A stretch of DNA of 64,000 nucleotides. Source: the human T2T-CHM13v2.0 reference genome, Homo sapiens. Location of the stretch: assembly GCF_009914755.1 (NCBI RefSeq), contig NC_060944.1, one strand, 5' to 3'. The translations under genes were made by a program, and so were the position numbers. Below, in pieces: positions 1 to 13,235 of this stretch (its first letter is position 1; each line of letters begins with the position of its first letter). The notes under the pieces were generated by a model. That model saw only the letters and a program-made list of their open reading frames with translations. It searched no databases and was not told the DNA's origin.

Positions 1-94
1 AAAATGGTGCTTAAGGAACCACACTATAAAACATTATTGTTCACAGAGTGCTTTATTGTTTAATATGTCATCATCTGATCAATCATTTGCATAC

Positions 95-255
95 TCACAA
101 CCACCCTGTTGCGTAGGTGTCTTTGATCCCATTGCACAGGTGAGGAAACTGAGCTTTGGGTTGGTTGTGCCTCTTGCACATTTGGGGGCACCTGCGATGT
201 GGCAGAGCCAGAATCAAAACACTGGTGCTTTACCCCAAATCCTAATCTCTTCCCA
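95..255 (-). mobile_element. MIR SINE fragment
   Basis: MIR core 'cccattgcacaggtgaggaaactgag' followed by 'gtggcagagccagaatcaaa'. Confidence 0.75.
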
Positions 256-459
256 TTCTACCTTAACGAGAAGAGAGTTCTGAAGAGCTTCTCAGTGTGC
301 TAGAATATATGAAAGATTGGATCGAGTTTGGGCTGGTTTACTCAGAAGTTATTTCAAATCCTCTGCAAGTTTCACAGGGCTGCAGCACCTGGATGGTGGT
401 TTAACATGGCACTTCTAAAGGACTCACACATTTAGACCTGGATGATTTTCTCTGGCCTC

Positions 460-640
460 ATGCTTAAGAGCTGGGCCTCCAGATTCAGTGGGTCTGGGCT
501 GCAGTTCTAGCATCACCCCTTATGGGCTTTAGCCATTTACTTAACCTTTATGAGTCTCAGTTTTTCCATCTGTCAATTGGGAATATAATAGAACCCACCT
601 CATCTGGTTATTGTGAGGTTTAACATGAGATGACCCATGA
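460..640 (+). mobile_element. MIR SINE
   Basis: 'ttacttaacctttatgagtctcagtttttccatctgtcaattgggaatataatagaacccacctcat...ttgtgaggtttaa' resembles the MIR core. Confidence 0.85.
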
Positions 641-728
641 GATCAAAGTTTTTGTGTAGTCACTATTGTCAAGACTGTTGTTTTGCAGCATGCTCAGGCT
701 TCAGCAGACTCTGGGGCCAGAGGGCCCC

Positions 729-764
729 CAGGCAGAGTCACCTGCTCAGGCAGAGTCACCTGCT
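729..764. repeat. 18-bp perfect tandem duplication
   Basis: caggcagagtcacctgct x2. Confidence 0.95.
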
Positions 765-1002
765 GCTGTTAGGTGTGCATGAACATGGGGAATGCTGAGG
801 GAAAGCAGCTGGGGTGCCTGCAGCGGCAGCATCTTCTGCACTGCATCAGATTTTGTGGGGGATGGGGGCGTATTCTAAGAGATGTGTGAATGCCACTAAG
901 AATTCTAAAAAGTTCTGGAGAGGGAAAATCTGGAGAAAGGTTAGATTTTCTGCAGAGCTAGCAAGCATGGGCCTGAAGTCATTGTAACATGGGGCATTAA
1001 CA

Positions 1003-1089
1003 CCAATGCATCCTAACCATACTCATGGAGGTTTGATCCTGCAACAAGTGGATGGCCATCCATGAGGTTGTGCTGTGTACAGAGGAGGG
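1003..1089. repeat. ~86-bp dispersed repeat, copy 1 (copy 2 at 1874-1958)
   Basis: Both copies start ccaatgcatcctaaccatac and end gtgctgtgtacagaggaggg. Confidence 0.9.
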
Positions 1090-1589
1090 GCGCTCCCCTC
1101 TCTTGGTCCACATAATGCCATAGATGTTCTCCACACTGGTCAATACCCTCTGCATTTCTTCTTCCTCTGCCACTCTCTCACCCGAGCACACCAGGCTTCA
1201 TTATTGTAAGGAGTGAGATGATTCCATTAACATTTATGTAGAGAAGTTTGCAGCTCTGAGATGTTTAAAAACCTGAGTAGGGAATCCCAACTATTTTAAC
1301 TCAAATATAATAAGGTTTTAGGTATTAAAAATATGATTTCAACACTGTTGATTTTAATTGGCCTCATACACCTACACAAACACTTGGCAGACATTTAGGA
1401 TCTGCCGTGGAGCACCGTGCATCATCACATAACGCTCTGGGAACTAGGGTCCCTGAGTCCTGATTGTGGTGATGCTTCATTCCCTGGGTATCCTTGGGAA
1501 GAACACATTTCTAAATTTAGGCCTCTGAACCTAGTTACAAGGAGGGGCTTGGGAGCACCTGTTGTTCAATGCCCATATCTTTCTTAATT

Positions 1590-2845
1590 TTTAAATTTTA
1601 AATGTAAATAAATGCAAAATAATTTTTACAATAAGAAGAAAGACAAATGCATGAGATCCTATATGCACCACCCAGATTCAGAATTGGAAAATTACCATTT
1701 CCACGGCAGCCCCTGTGGGCCTCCACTCCTTGATGTGATCCCCGGGATCTACTTCCACCCAGAGTTAACTACTGTCTTGGACTTTGTGTTTATTGTGATC
1801 TTGCTTTTATTTATAGTTTGCTTACATATGTATGTGTTCCTCATTACCATGTTCAGTTCTGTTCAGTTTGGTGCCAATGCATCCTAACCATACCCCTGGA
1901 GGGCTGACTGTAATAGGTGGAATAGCGTCTATGAGGTCGTGCTGTGTACAGAGGAGGGCCATGCTTTCTAACTTTAACATTTGATTCATACCCTACTTCG
2001 AGTCTTATGCTTCGAGTCTTACTTTTCCCCTCAGCATTGGTTTTGAGATTCTCCCATTTTGTTTGAGTGGCCACAGTTCATTCATTTATGTGGCTGTGTG
2101 GTTGTCTGTTGTTGCCAATGCCATCTACCACCTAATGTTATAGATTCTGTTTGTCCAGTCTTTCTTTCTTGATCTTTCTTGCATTTTTTCCTGGATTGCT
2201 TTTCTTTGTCTTTTTAAAAATTCCTTCAATTGCTTTGGAAGTTTTGCACTCTATTTCTTCTCATTTTAGTGAGCACCATAGAAATGTTGATTAACATACT
2301 TAATGAACTTTAAAATGTCTGAAATTAATCAATATCTTTACTTCTTCTGGAACAACACTAGACTTTAAACATGTTAACCCTGCTTATCCCGTCCTCTCTT
2401 AGATGCACTTAATTTCCAGTATTTTAATTCAGTCTTGATTTTTAGTCTTCCAAAATTGGAGATTTGAAAAAAAAACATTATTTCATGCAATGTTTGATTT
2501 TATTTACCCACATTTTCATCACATTTGTCCACTATTCCTTTTCATACTCTAGAACTTCCTTCTGGAATCTTCTGTGTAAAGTATACCTTCAGAGCTTCTT
2601 TTAGTGAAGGTTTACTACTGTGTGCCTGTGGTCCTGAAAATGTCTTTATTTGGACATTATTCTTGAACAATTGCTTCACTATACATATAATTTTAGGTAG
2701 AAGTTTATTTTTTCTAGGCATATGGAAAAGGTTTTTTTTATTATATAGTTGATGATGTGAAGTTAAACTTTAATTTACAGGTGATTTGTCTTTTCTTCCT
2801 GAATGGTTTATTTTCTTGTCTATGCCTTTGATGGTTCTGCAGCGC
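1590..2845 (-). mobile_element. Ancient L1M (L1ME/HAL1-like) fragments, continuing to ~3240 after the Alu
   Basis: L1ME-type 3' motifs 'ttttatttatagtttgcttacatatgtatgtg' and 'ttttgagattctcccatttt...gttcattcattt', followed by T-rich L1-like sequence; very degenerate. Confidence 0.55.
1874..1958. repeat. ~86-bp dispersed repeat, copy 2, interrupting an old L1 3' fragment
   Basis: About 80% identical to 1003-1089 by manual alignment. Confidence 0.9.
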
Positions 2846-3141
<296 letters not shown>

Positions 3142-3244
3142 ATTGATTTTCTTGTTATTAATGCTGCTTGGAATTTATTCTCCATTCTTGGTTTTCTTCA
3201 TGGATTCTGGAAATGTTCCATTATGTCTTCCCTGTCCTCCCGCA

Positions 3245-3760
3245 GCAGGTCCGAGACTAAGCAGTCATGGCTGAGACTATGAGCACTTCTTTTGGGCACA
3301 GAATTGAGGAGTGGCCAAAAAACTCAGTAATTGAGATAAATCATATTTTAATACAGTATTTTAAATATTTGTTAAAACAAAATCTAATGCAAAGAAACTT
3401 GTGGCCAACAAAATATCAAAATTTTCAATAAAGACAGGATCTGGCAGTGCCATGTTGAGATATTTGGAGCCTGAAGCAAAAGGAAAATCTGCACTCCTAT
3501 GATTTTTTTTTCCTAGAACATCAGTATTTTTCTAGAACATTAAAGTACTTGAAAACTATAAAAAATTGAAAGTAAGTGTATTAAAACTTGACATTATTTT
3601 AAGTTTAAATGTTTCATTTATACCAAGGTCAGAATTTATCATGTTTACTTTTCTAGTTCTAACAGAAGCAAACTCATCAAAAATATTTGCATTAAGACCA
3701 TTAACCATTAAAAATACATAAAAGTCTGTATATGGGTGCAGATTTTTCCTTTCCAGATTG
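3245..3760. mobile_element. hAT-type MITE, MER96B-like
   Basis: 'ccgagacta...ccaaaaactcagtaattgagataaatcatattttaat...aaaatatcaaaattttcaataaagacaggatc' resembles MER96B. Confidence 0.6.
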
Positions 3761-5512
3761 TATTTTCTCTACTCAGTGTTATTTTCCATTGCAGAAGCTT
3801 ACATTTTAAAATAGTAGTGATGATGGTGATGAAGATGAAGCATAGTTAGATTTGTCTAAATCTCTTCCGCTGGTTACAGGCAGAGTTAGGCCTAGAATTC
3901 TGATCCTTCCTTCTTAGAAGAGCTTTTTCCAATTATATCTCACTTACTGAAACCACTATTCTCATCTCATGACCAAAATCTCTGTAGGAGGTGAGGCCAC
4001 ATCAGCACCCTTGGGCCAGGCAACTGTTGGAGGAGTGACATGCCCACCAGGGTGAATGAGCTATTTTTGGGTGTTTAACTGCTGAGGAGGGATATGACAT
4101 GTGGGCACTGTGTTTACAACAAGTCACTGGTTCTCGGACCTATCAAGGGGCATGGCACTAGGAAACTGTACCAGTCTTCGTGGCTCACTATAACATGTTG
4201 AACTATTACTTTACCCTTTGGTGCTGAATCCAATGCCATCTTAGATTCTAGTTTAAATGAACATGACATATATCACACATTTAAGAAACATTTCTAAGAG
4301 AAAACCCTAAAATTGAGACAATCCTACTCATTAACTTACTCTTTTTTCTATGAGTCCTATTATTTTCTTTTAGTAGCTGAATGCCTAGTCTAACTGGAGT
4401 TCCCCAGAGGCCTTGCTTGAAAGTGACTGCCAGGTATCTCCTTCAGCGTAACTCTTTGATGAGAAGCAAAGCTGCTTTGCTGGCTGCTTGAGTGGAAATG
4501 TGATCCCCGATGCTTATGTTCCCATAAAAATCTTTCGTGTGGTCTCAGAATAACAACTCTCTATTATGTCTCAGCTGCCAAATTTATTGGTGTGTGTGGG
4601 GAGGGGGGAGGGGGACAGTCAACTTTGCACAGATTATCTTCAATACCCCCTGTTTTAAGACTTTAGGGATGTTTATACAAAACAGTCAACTATTAGCCTT
4701 CTTGGCACTTGGTTCTGTGGGAATATTCCTCCCATATTGGGAAGGCGTGTGAACCATGGCTTACATGAAATCCTCAGCCGTATCTTTTGTGGCTGATGTA
4801 TGCACCACAGAGGACTAGAAACTGCTTGAGTTAGGAAGTGGCCCACCATTTTACTACCCACTTGGAAGGAAAGCTCCACCAACTCCACCAGACCAAGGAT
4901 AATACTTTATCTTTTATTTTATCCTTGTGAGATTAATGGTTTATGAGATACTTTGTATGCGTTAGGAATTCAGAAGCCAGTGGGTGGGGAGAGAGGAAGG
5001 TATTACTACACAGAAGGAAAGCACCGTCTCTGGACACAGGGCCAAGTTTCAGAGAAACTATTGTGAGTTTTTGTCAAGTTGACCCCTCCTACTGCTTCTG
5101 GATCTTCCAAATAAGCTCCCACAGTCTAAGATTTTATATTGCTGGCTACGAATATGCAAACGAACTTCCCTTCATCTTTTTTGCCTTACTAAGAAAAGAA
5201 ACACAAGTTTCAGGTAGCAGTTGCTTTAGATAATTTCTAGACTGCGATCCCTTGAAAAGTTAATCTGTAGCTCCTAGTGTGAAGGTGATTGGGAGAATTT
5301 ACCAGTGACATGTGCTCTAAATGATTGTAATTCATATCCAGGTGTCCTCAATTAGTTCTTCAAGCAAGATGATAGGATGCTAAGGGATGTTGTTCACCCC
5401 AACATTGAAAACAGGTCCACTTGGATTTCTTAGTCTACCTTACCTAGTGCTTGCCAGGTCTAGAACTGGGTTGCCTAATTAAAATATTACATTGAAAAAA
5501 GTCTAGATATGT

Positions 5513-5701
5513 CTTCTCTGATACTGTTGTCACTAGCCACACGTAGCTATTTAAATTTAAGTATAATTCAACATTCAGTTCCTGAGTAGCACTAGCCACT
5601 TTTTAAGTCCTCGGTAGTCACCTGTGGCCAGTGCCTACCACATTGGACAGCGCAGATATGGAACATGCCATCATAACATAAAGTTCAATTGGGCAGTGCT
5701 T
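5513..5701 (-). mobile_element. MER3 (hAT-Charlie) MITE
   Basis: 'cactagccacacgtagctatttaaatttaa...attggacagcgcagatatggaacat...aaagttcaattgggcagtgct'. Confidence 0.85.
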
Positions 5702-6306
5702 GTCTCTGGATGGAGCACATAGCATTTCTGCCTGTTTCAGGCAGTGGAAGCAATATTCCTGAAGTTCTGATTTTCCAGCCTCTGGCTCTTACAAAGTTGT
5801 TACTGTATCCTCATTTAACAAACTTATGATAACAACTTTATATATAATATGTTCTTTTACAAAGTAGTTATTATATCTCTTATTCCTTCTACGTCTGCCA
5901 CCCAAAGTTACCTGAAGATCTGCTGCAACTTTGGCATTTATACTGCTTTGGTGAAAATCATAACTTTAGCATCTCTGAGATTTTTCTTTTTTATGGAATA
6001 TATCCTACAGCTAGTTTAGATAATGTTGGATGACTCTCCAAGTCCCTGTGTTTGGTTTTTCTAAATAGTTGCAGTGAGTCCTGCCAGTTGGCAGAGGAAC
6101 GTCCAGGGCTGGCACTAGGTGCCAAGCAGGTGCTGTGGTCCTCAGCTGTGTTGCACATGAGGTGATGGGGAAAGGAGCGCCATTGCCTGGGAGCTCCTCT
6201 GGTGATACAGATAGCTGAGTTCAGGCCTGGTTTCCTGAAGTCACTAGATGGCTGTTATTGTATAGATTGATTAAAATAAGGGGCAGAGACTTCTGAAAAT
6301 TATCTT

Positions 6307-7493
6307 GTGGTAGTTTTGCAAAAGGGCTACAAAATTAATTGCCACTCCTCCCATTGAGAGATGGGGATCTATGTTTCCTGCCCTTGAATCTCAGTAGGCT
6401 CCTGGGTGAGTTTTCTTTCTATTGCTGTGAAACAAATTACCATCAACTCAGCAACTTAAAACAATACCCATTTGGTAGGTCTTACGTCTGTAAGTCTGAA
6501 GTCCAGCACTGCCTGGCTAGATTTTCTGTTCAGGGTGTATCACAGGGCTAAAATCAAGATGTTGGCCAGAAAGAATTCTTGTCTGAAGGCTCTGGGGAGA
6601 AATCTGCTTCCAAGAAATCCAATCAGTTTGGATTTCTGAACTGTATTCAGGCTTTCGTAGAATTCAGTTCCTTGTGGTTGCAGCAATGGGGTTTCTGTCT
6701 CCTTACTGGCTGTGAGCTGGGGACCTCTCTCAGATACCAAAGACCACAGCATTCTTTTTTTCATGTGGCTTCATCCGTCTTCAAGCCAGCAATTGTGCAT
6801 TGAATCTCCCTTGTTCTTCACATTTCCATGACTACCTCTTTTTCCATCAGCGAGAGAAGGCTCTCTGCTTTGAAGGACCCATGTGATTAGATCATGCTCA
6901 CCTGGATAATCTTCTGATCTAAAGGTCACTTGTGCTATAGAACAGCACAGAATCATGGACACTCACAGGTTCTATGGATTACAGTGGAGAACCTTGGGGT
7001 GGTGCTTTAGAAACTACGCCACAGGTTGTGACAGTTTGATAGAATATGGTAGGAATGACTCTGCAGATTCTTAGGCTGGGTCATAACAGGTGACACATGT
7101 TTGTGCACTGGGATGAACGCTACTGCTTGGAGCCCCACCACGCCATAGAAGAAGTCAACTACTCTGAGGCCACTACGCTGTGAGGAAGCCCAGATATACG
7201 TAGCAGCCACAGACAGGCACACTGGTTGTCAGTCCTACACCCTGAGCCAGCCCTGACCAGGCTCCAGACCTGGGAGTGAACTGGCCTTATTTGATTCTAG
7301 CCCCAGCTGTGGGGTTACTCCCAGTCTGCAAGTCTTCCAGTTGAAGGCCCAGCCACAGAATGGGAAACAAGCCATTCCTACTGTGCCTTCCCTGTTCAAA
7401 TTCCCAACTCATGAACTGGAGAATATAATAATATGATTGTCTAGGCCTCTACGTTTGGAGGTAATCTGTTATGCAGCAATAGTAACTGGGACA
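6307..7493 (+). mobile_element. MLT1 (G/H-like) MaLR LTR split by a second MLT1
   Basis: 5' 'ctcctcccattgagagatggggatctatg...cccttgaatct'; resumes near 7025; 3' 'ggtaatctgttatgcagcaatagtaactgggaca'. Confidence 0.7.
6405..7023 (-). mobile_element. MLT1 (E/F-like) MaLR LTR nested in an older MLT1
   Basis: 'ttctattgctgtgaaacaaattaccatcaactcagcaacttaaaacaa'...'gaaggacccatgtgattagatcatgctcacctggataatc'. Confidence 0.75.
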
Positions 7494-7925
7494 AATTTGA
7501 CGGTAAAAAAGAATGAATATTTTCTCACTGATATTTTTTGAAGGTCTCAGGTAAAGGTGGGATGGTGGGGCCTGCAAACCACCCCTGCCCACGAGGAGTT
7601 CTAATAGGTGATGACAAACACCAGGAACCAAATTAATTGTAAAAACATTTATTATTTATGTGTACCCTGTGCAAAATACTAGGCTGAATGCTGGGGACAT
7701 GGGTGCCTAATAAGGGGTAACATCTCTCCTTTCATGGAGCTTAGAGGCTAAGAAGAGTGAATTCCAAACATGTTCATATGCAAAATAATTTTAGATAAAG
7801 ATAACTCTTAAGAGGAAAATAAAACAGGGCATTGAGTTGGAGCCCGGTGGTGGTGGAAGAGAGGCCACTCTTGACTGGTGCCAAATGAGTCCTGTCTAAA
7901 GAGGTAGCAGCTGAAATCTGAATTA

Positions 7926-8520
7926 CAGTCAGTTCTGCTCTCATGCTTGTTTTGAAAGTGTGAATTTGTTCCAAGGAGATTGCTATGTTAGGAAACAAGT
8001 TTTGCATTTGCTTATGCATGATTTCATCTGTAAAAACACTAGGTAAACAGAAAACTGCACCCAGCTGAACTGAGCTGTTTAGGAATACACAAAAGACACA
8101 TGCAGGGCCTCAAACATCTACCCGTGACCTCAGCTCACCACAAGTGTTATGAGACACACCTATGCCTCTAGTGACACAGCTTTTGCCTAACTTCACATCG
8201 CTTCCTCCTGTTGCATTCATAATAATTCACAGCTGCAACCCCTCAGATGTCCACTTCCACAAGCAAGTTTAAGGCCTTTTTCAAGGCCAAGTGACACATT
8301 TATCATCATATCTATCTATTTCTTATCCATTCACCTGAATAAAATACTGCTACCATTTTTATTAGGTTCCCATCTTTTTTTTTTTTAATGTGTCACATAC
8401 GTTTTTGAATGCTGGGCCCCTACCCCCATTTTCCTCATGAGCCCTGTCGTTTTTAATTGCATGATTTTGCATAGCATGGTGATTTTTAGAAACAGGTAGC
8501 TTGTGTTATACAACGGACTG
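7926..8520. mobile_element. TcMar-Tigger non-autonomous DNA transposon
   Basis: TA|cagtcagttctgct left end and 'gttatacaacggactg' right end form imperfect TIRs. Confidence 0.7.
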
Positions 8521-8588
8521 TGCAAGATCCCGTGAAGATCTTGGAACAACGAGTGCACCATCTCAGAGGCAGAAATGAGCTCCATGTG

Positions 8589-8993
8589 TGATATGGTTTG
8601 GTTCTGTGTCCCCATCCAAATCTCATCTTGAATTGTAATAAGCTAAGATTATTACCTTGACACGGTCTCCCTTTGTCAAGGGCCAGGTGGAGATAATTGA
8701 GTCATAGGGGCGGTTCCCCATTCTGTTCTCGTGATAGTGAATGAGTTCTCATGAGACATGATGGTTTTATAAGCATCTGGGATTTACCCTGCTGGTACAT
8801 TCTCTCTTGTCTGCTGTGATGTGAGACATGCCCTCCGCCTTCTACCTTCTGCCTCCTGTTTTCCAACTTCTGCCTTCCGCCTTCCATGATTGTGAGGCCT
8901 CCCCAGCCATGTGGAACTGTGAGTCTATTAAACCTCTTTTTCTTTTGAATCTCAGGTATGTCTTTATCAGCAGCATGAAAACAGACTAAAATA
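8589..8993 (+). mobile_element. THE1D/MSTA-type MaLR solo LTR
   Basis: 'tgatatggtttggttctgtgtccccatccaaatctcatcttgaattgta'...'cagcatgaaaacagactaaaata'; 5-bp TSD atgtg (8584-8588, 8994-8998). Confidence 0.93.
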
Positions 8994-10002
8994 ATGTGTC
9001 TGAGGAACTGTGTGGCCAACTGAACATGGCAGAGGTCCCAGAAGGGGGGAGGAGAGAAAGCCATGAAAGCTAGGTTACCTGGGGCCTGATAGTAAGGAGT
9101 TTGAATGGAACACAATAGAGGGAGTAAAATATAGCGTTGTTTCATTAACGGTGGAGTTGGATTGCAGAAGAGCAACAGATGGGAAGGAGAGGGCGCGGTT
9201 CTCTCCTATACTGCCTGCTGTGGTCCGGTGAGTGAAGTGCCCCAGGGAAGCTTGAGGATGGGAAATGGGTTTCCTCCAACAAGTTAACTCATCTTCTTTC
9301 AAGTTGCACCAGGGTCTAGCACAGCACTCAGAGGCAGACTAGGAGAAATGTAAGGTTGGTCTTGGGAGGCACCTTCACCACTCCCTCATCTCCTCTCACC
9401 CTGGAGGGGAATGCTGTGTTGTATTGTGGCGTGTTATAGTATTGTATGGAATATGTTCACAGTGGCAAAGCTGGGACTGGAAACAAAGTCTAATGTATGA
9501 TTGATTGATTGGCAGTAGATGAAAGCACATGTTTTCAATCTCTTGGGGAGCAGATGACTTACATTCTTAGATACTTAACAATACCCACATGGAAAGGATT
9601 TAAATAACTCATCGTTTTTCCTACCAATGTGTTCACAAGCATCATGAACTTCTTTGCCTGCACACTGGAAATTTTTTATTGTGACATTATTGCTACCCAG
9701 AAATTTTTGAGTCCTTGACTTTCGAATGCTTCTGAGGACAAAGTGGTACTGCCCTCTCTGACCTCCCTTTGATTCCTCAGCAATTCTGGGAAGCTTTTTC
9801 TTGGTATCAAGATGAGGTTTTAACAGGGCTGATATGTAAGTAGTGAAGGAACTCCAGTTGACCTGCACATGGTGTAAGAGAAACAACACTGACTCTATTC
9901 TACAGGGAAGGAAACTGAGGCCAGGGGGAGGGCTACACTGTAGCACAATAGAGTTCCAGGTTTCTCCATATGGCTCAGACTTAATGTATTATATCCCCAT
10001 TC

Positions 10003-10323
10003 TTTTTTTTTTTTTTTTTTTTGAGACAGAGTCTCACTCTGTCACCCAGGCTGGAGTGCAGTGACGTGATCTTGGCTCATGGCAACCTCTGACTCCTGGG
10101 TTCAAGCAATTCTCCTGCCTCCAAGCGATTCTCCTGCCTCGGCCTCCAGAGTAGCTGGGACTACAAGCATGCACCACCACACCCGGCTAATTTTTGTATT
10201 TTTAGTAGAGATGGGGTTTCACCATATTGGCCAAGCTGATCTCAAACTCCTGACCTCAAGTGATCCACCCGCCTCCGTCTCCCAAAGTCCTGGGATTACA
10301 GGCATGAGCCACTGAGCCCAGCC
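10003..10323 (-). mobile_element. Alu, AluSx-like, with an internal 19-bp duplication
   Basis: Both arms and poly-T; near-TSD tatatccccattc / tatacccctattc. Confidence 0.97.
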
Positions 10324-10763
10324 TATACCCCTATTCTTTTCTCCCACCACCTCACTTCCTCTGCTACTCCTTACCTAACTTCAGAGAGGCCAGTGACCTC
10401 CAGGCCTTAGCTGGTGATCCAGGAGAGCTGGTAGTGTTACCAATGGGTGCTTCCTTGGGCATTTCATTTCCTCATGTTCTGTGGCCACTCTTTGGAATTA
10501 TCTGATGACGTGAAAGCTCTCTTGGTCTTCCTTGAGGCTTTCCTCCTTGAGTGTCGATTCCCCTTTCTCTTCAGAAAAGGACTTGATATGGGAATTCACC
10601 AGGATCTTCCCTCAGACTTGCCAGGCTTACTCCCCGATCTTCCATCATCTTCCTCTCACCACCATCATCCGAATCTCACACATCTTCTAAGGCCTGGACA
10701 CTTCTTGCTTCCTCTGAGAATATTCCTCTGACGATTTTGGCTTATACCAAGCCCTCTTATTTA

Positions 10764-10881
10764 TACATTTCTGTAGCCTTTACATTTCTATAGCCTGTAC
10801 AGAATCTATACATTTCTATAGCCTATATAGAGGCTATACATTTCTATAGCCTGTACAGAATCTATACATTTCTGTAGCCTT
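10764..10881. repeat. 28-bp unit minisatellite, about 4 units
   Basis: tacatttct(a/g)tagcct core repeated 5 times with spacers gtacagaatcta or atatagaggcta. Confidence 0.9.
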
Positions 10882-10959
10882 TAATTGGACTGACCAATTA
10901 CTGTAGCCTTGGATTCCCAATCCAAGTTGGGAATCTTTTATTTGTAAAGTATTGACTGA

Positions 10960-11955
<996 letters not shown>

Positions 11956-11967
11956 ATTGGCATCTTT

Positions 11968-12651
11968 TTTTTTTTATTTATACTTTAAGTTTTAGGGTAC
12001 ATGTGCACATTGTGCAGGTTAGTTACATATGTATACATGTGCCATGCTGGTGCGCTGCACCCACTAACTCGTCATCTAGCATTAGGTATATCTCCCGATG
12101 CTATCCCTCCCCCCTCCCCCCACCCCACCACAGTCCCCAGAGTGTGATATTCCCCTTCCTGTGTCCATGTGATCTCATTGTTCAATTCCCACCTATGAGT
12201 GAGAATATGTGGTGTTTGGTTTTTTGTTCTTGCGATAGTTTACTGAGAATGATGATTTCCAGTTTCATCCATGTCCCTACAAAGGACATGAACTCATCCT
12301 TTTTTATGACTGCATAGTATTCTATGGTGTATATGTGCCACATTTTCTTAATCCAGTCTATCATTGTTGGACATTTGGGTTGGTTCCAAGTCTTTGCTAT
12401 TGTGAATAATGCCGCAATAAACATACGTGTGCATGTGTCTTTATAGCAGCATGATTTATAGTCCTTTGGGTATATACCCAGTAATGAGATGGCTGGGTCA
12501 AATGGTATTTCCGGTTCTAGATCCCTGAGGAATCGCCACACTGACTTCCACAATGGTTGAACTAGTTTCCAGTCCCACCAACAGTGTAAAAGTGTTCCTA
12601 TTTCTCCACATCCTCTCCAGCACCTGTTGTTTCCTGACTTTTTAATGATTG
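11968..12651 (-). mobile_element. Young 5'-truncated LINE-1, L1PA2-type
   Basis: ORF2 C-terminus (12182-12553, ...HIFSLIGGN) plus 3'UTR 'gctagatgacGAGttagtgggtgcagcgcaccagc'; perfect 15-bp TSD aaaattggcatcttt (11953-11967, 12652-12666). Confidence 0.95.
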
Positions 12652-12859
12652 AAAATTGGCATCTTTAATACAACTCATGTTCATTTCCACAGAGTTTAAC
12701 ACTTAATCGTCCTTGTGGTGCTTCAGGTGTTTGAATATTGTCTCCTTTATGAGATGGGCCTCTGGTGGCCCATCTGTCAAACAATTCCTGTTTGACCACC
12801 TTCTCCAACAACTTCTTGTTGGGAGGATCAAAAGAACCAATGTCTCTGATGGTGCTTTA

Positions 12860-13235
12860 AAAATTAAATGTTAGCTTGAGTGTCCAGTGATGGGAAATTG
12901 ATTCAATAATGACATAACTGTGCAAGGGGACACTATCTCATCATTAAATGAAGTTGTAGCAGAATATTTATGTGGCAAGATGTTTAAGACATTGCTAAAT
13001 GGAAAAAGTGAATTCCAAACAGTATACACATTATGATTCTGTTTTTGAGAACACAAACACATATTCATCCTTGTATTTGGAAAAGTGCTTATCAAAATAT
13101 CAGCAGTGATACCACCTGGGTGGCAAGGTTATTGATGAGGTAAATGTTATCCTATTTTTTGAGCTATAACTTCTAAATTTTCTGCAATAAACATCTATCA
13201 CTTTTACAACAAGAAAAATAAATAAATTTTACTAG
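12860..13235 (+). mobile_element. Ancient L1ME-type 3' end
   Basis: 'gtgtccagtgatgggaaattgattcaataa'...'ttctaaattttctgcaataaacatctatcactttt' followed by an A-rich tail. Confidence 0.65.

Larger units (their letters stand above)
7640..9200 (-). mobile_element. L2 LINE 3' region, interrupted by a Tigger and a THE1/MST LTR
   Basis: 'acatttatt...ctgtgcaaaatactaggctgaatgctggggacat...ttcatggagcttagag'; L2-like sequence resumes after each insertion. Confidence 0.6.

Noticed and set aside
8702-9175. 157-aa ORF
   Set aside because: Antisense read-through of the THE1/MST LTR and L2
9575-9946. 123-aa minus-strand ORF as a host exon
   Set aside because: No recognisable domain, overlaps a MIR-like segment, and the length is within chance expectation
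10495-10612. Minus-strand Glu/Lys-rich frame (…KSFSEEKGESTLKEESLKEDQES…)
   Set aside because: Under 40 codons, closed by stops on both sides, with no convincing splice sites
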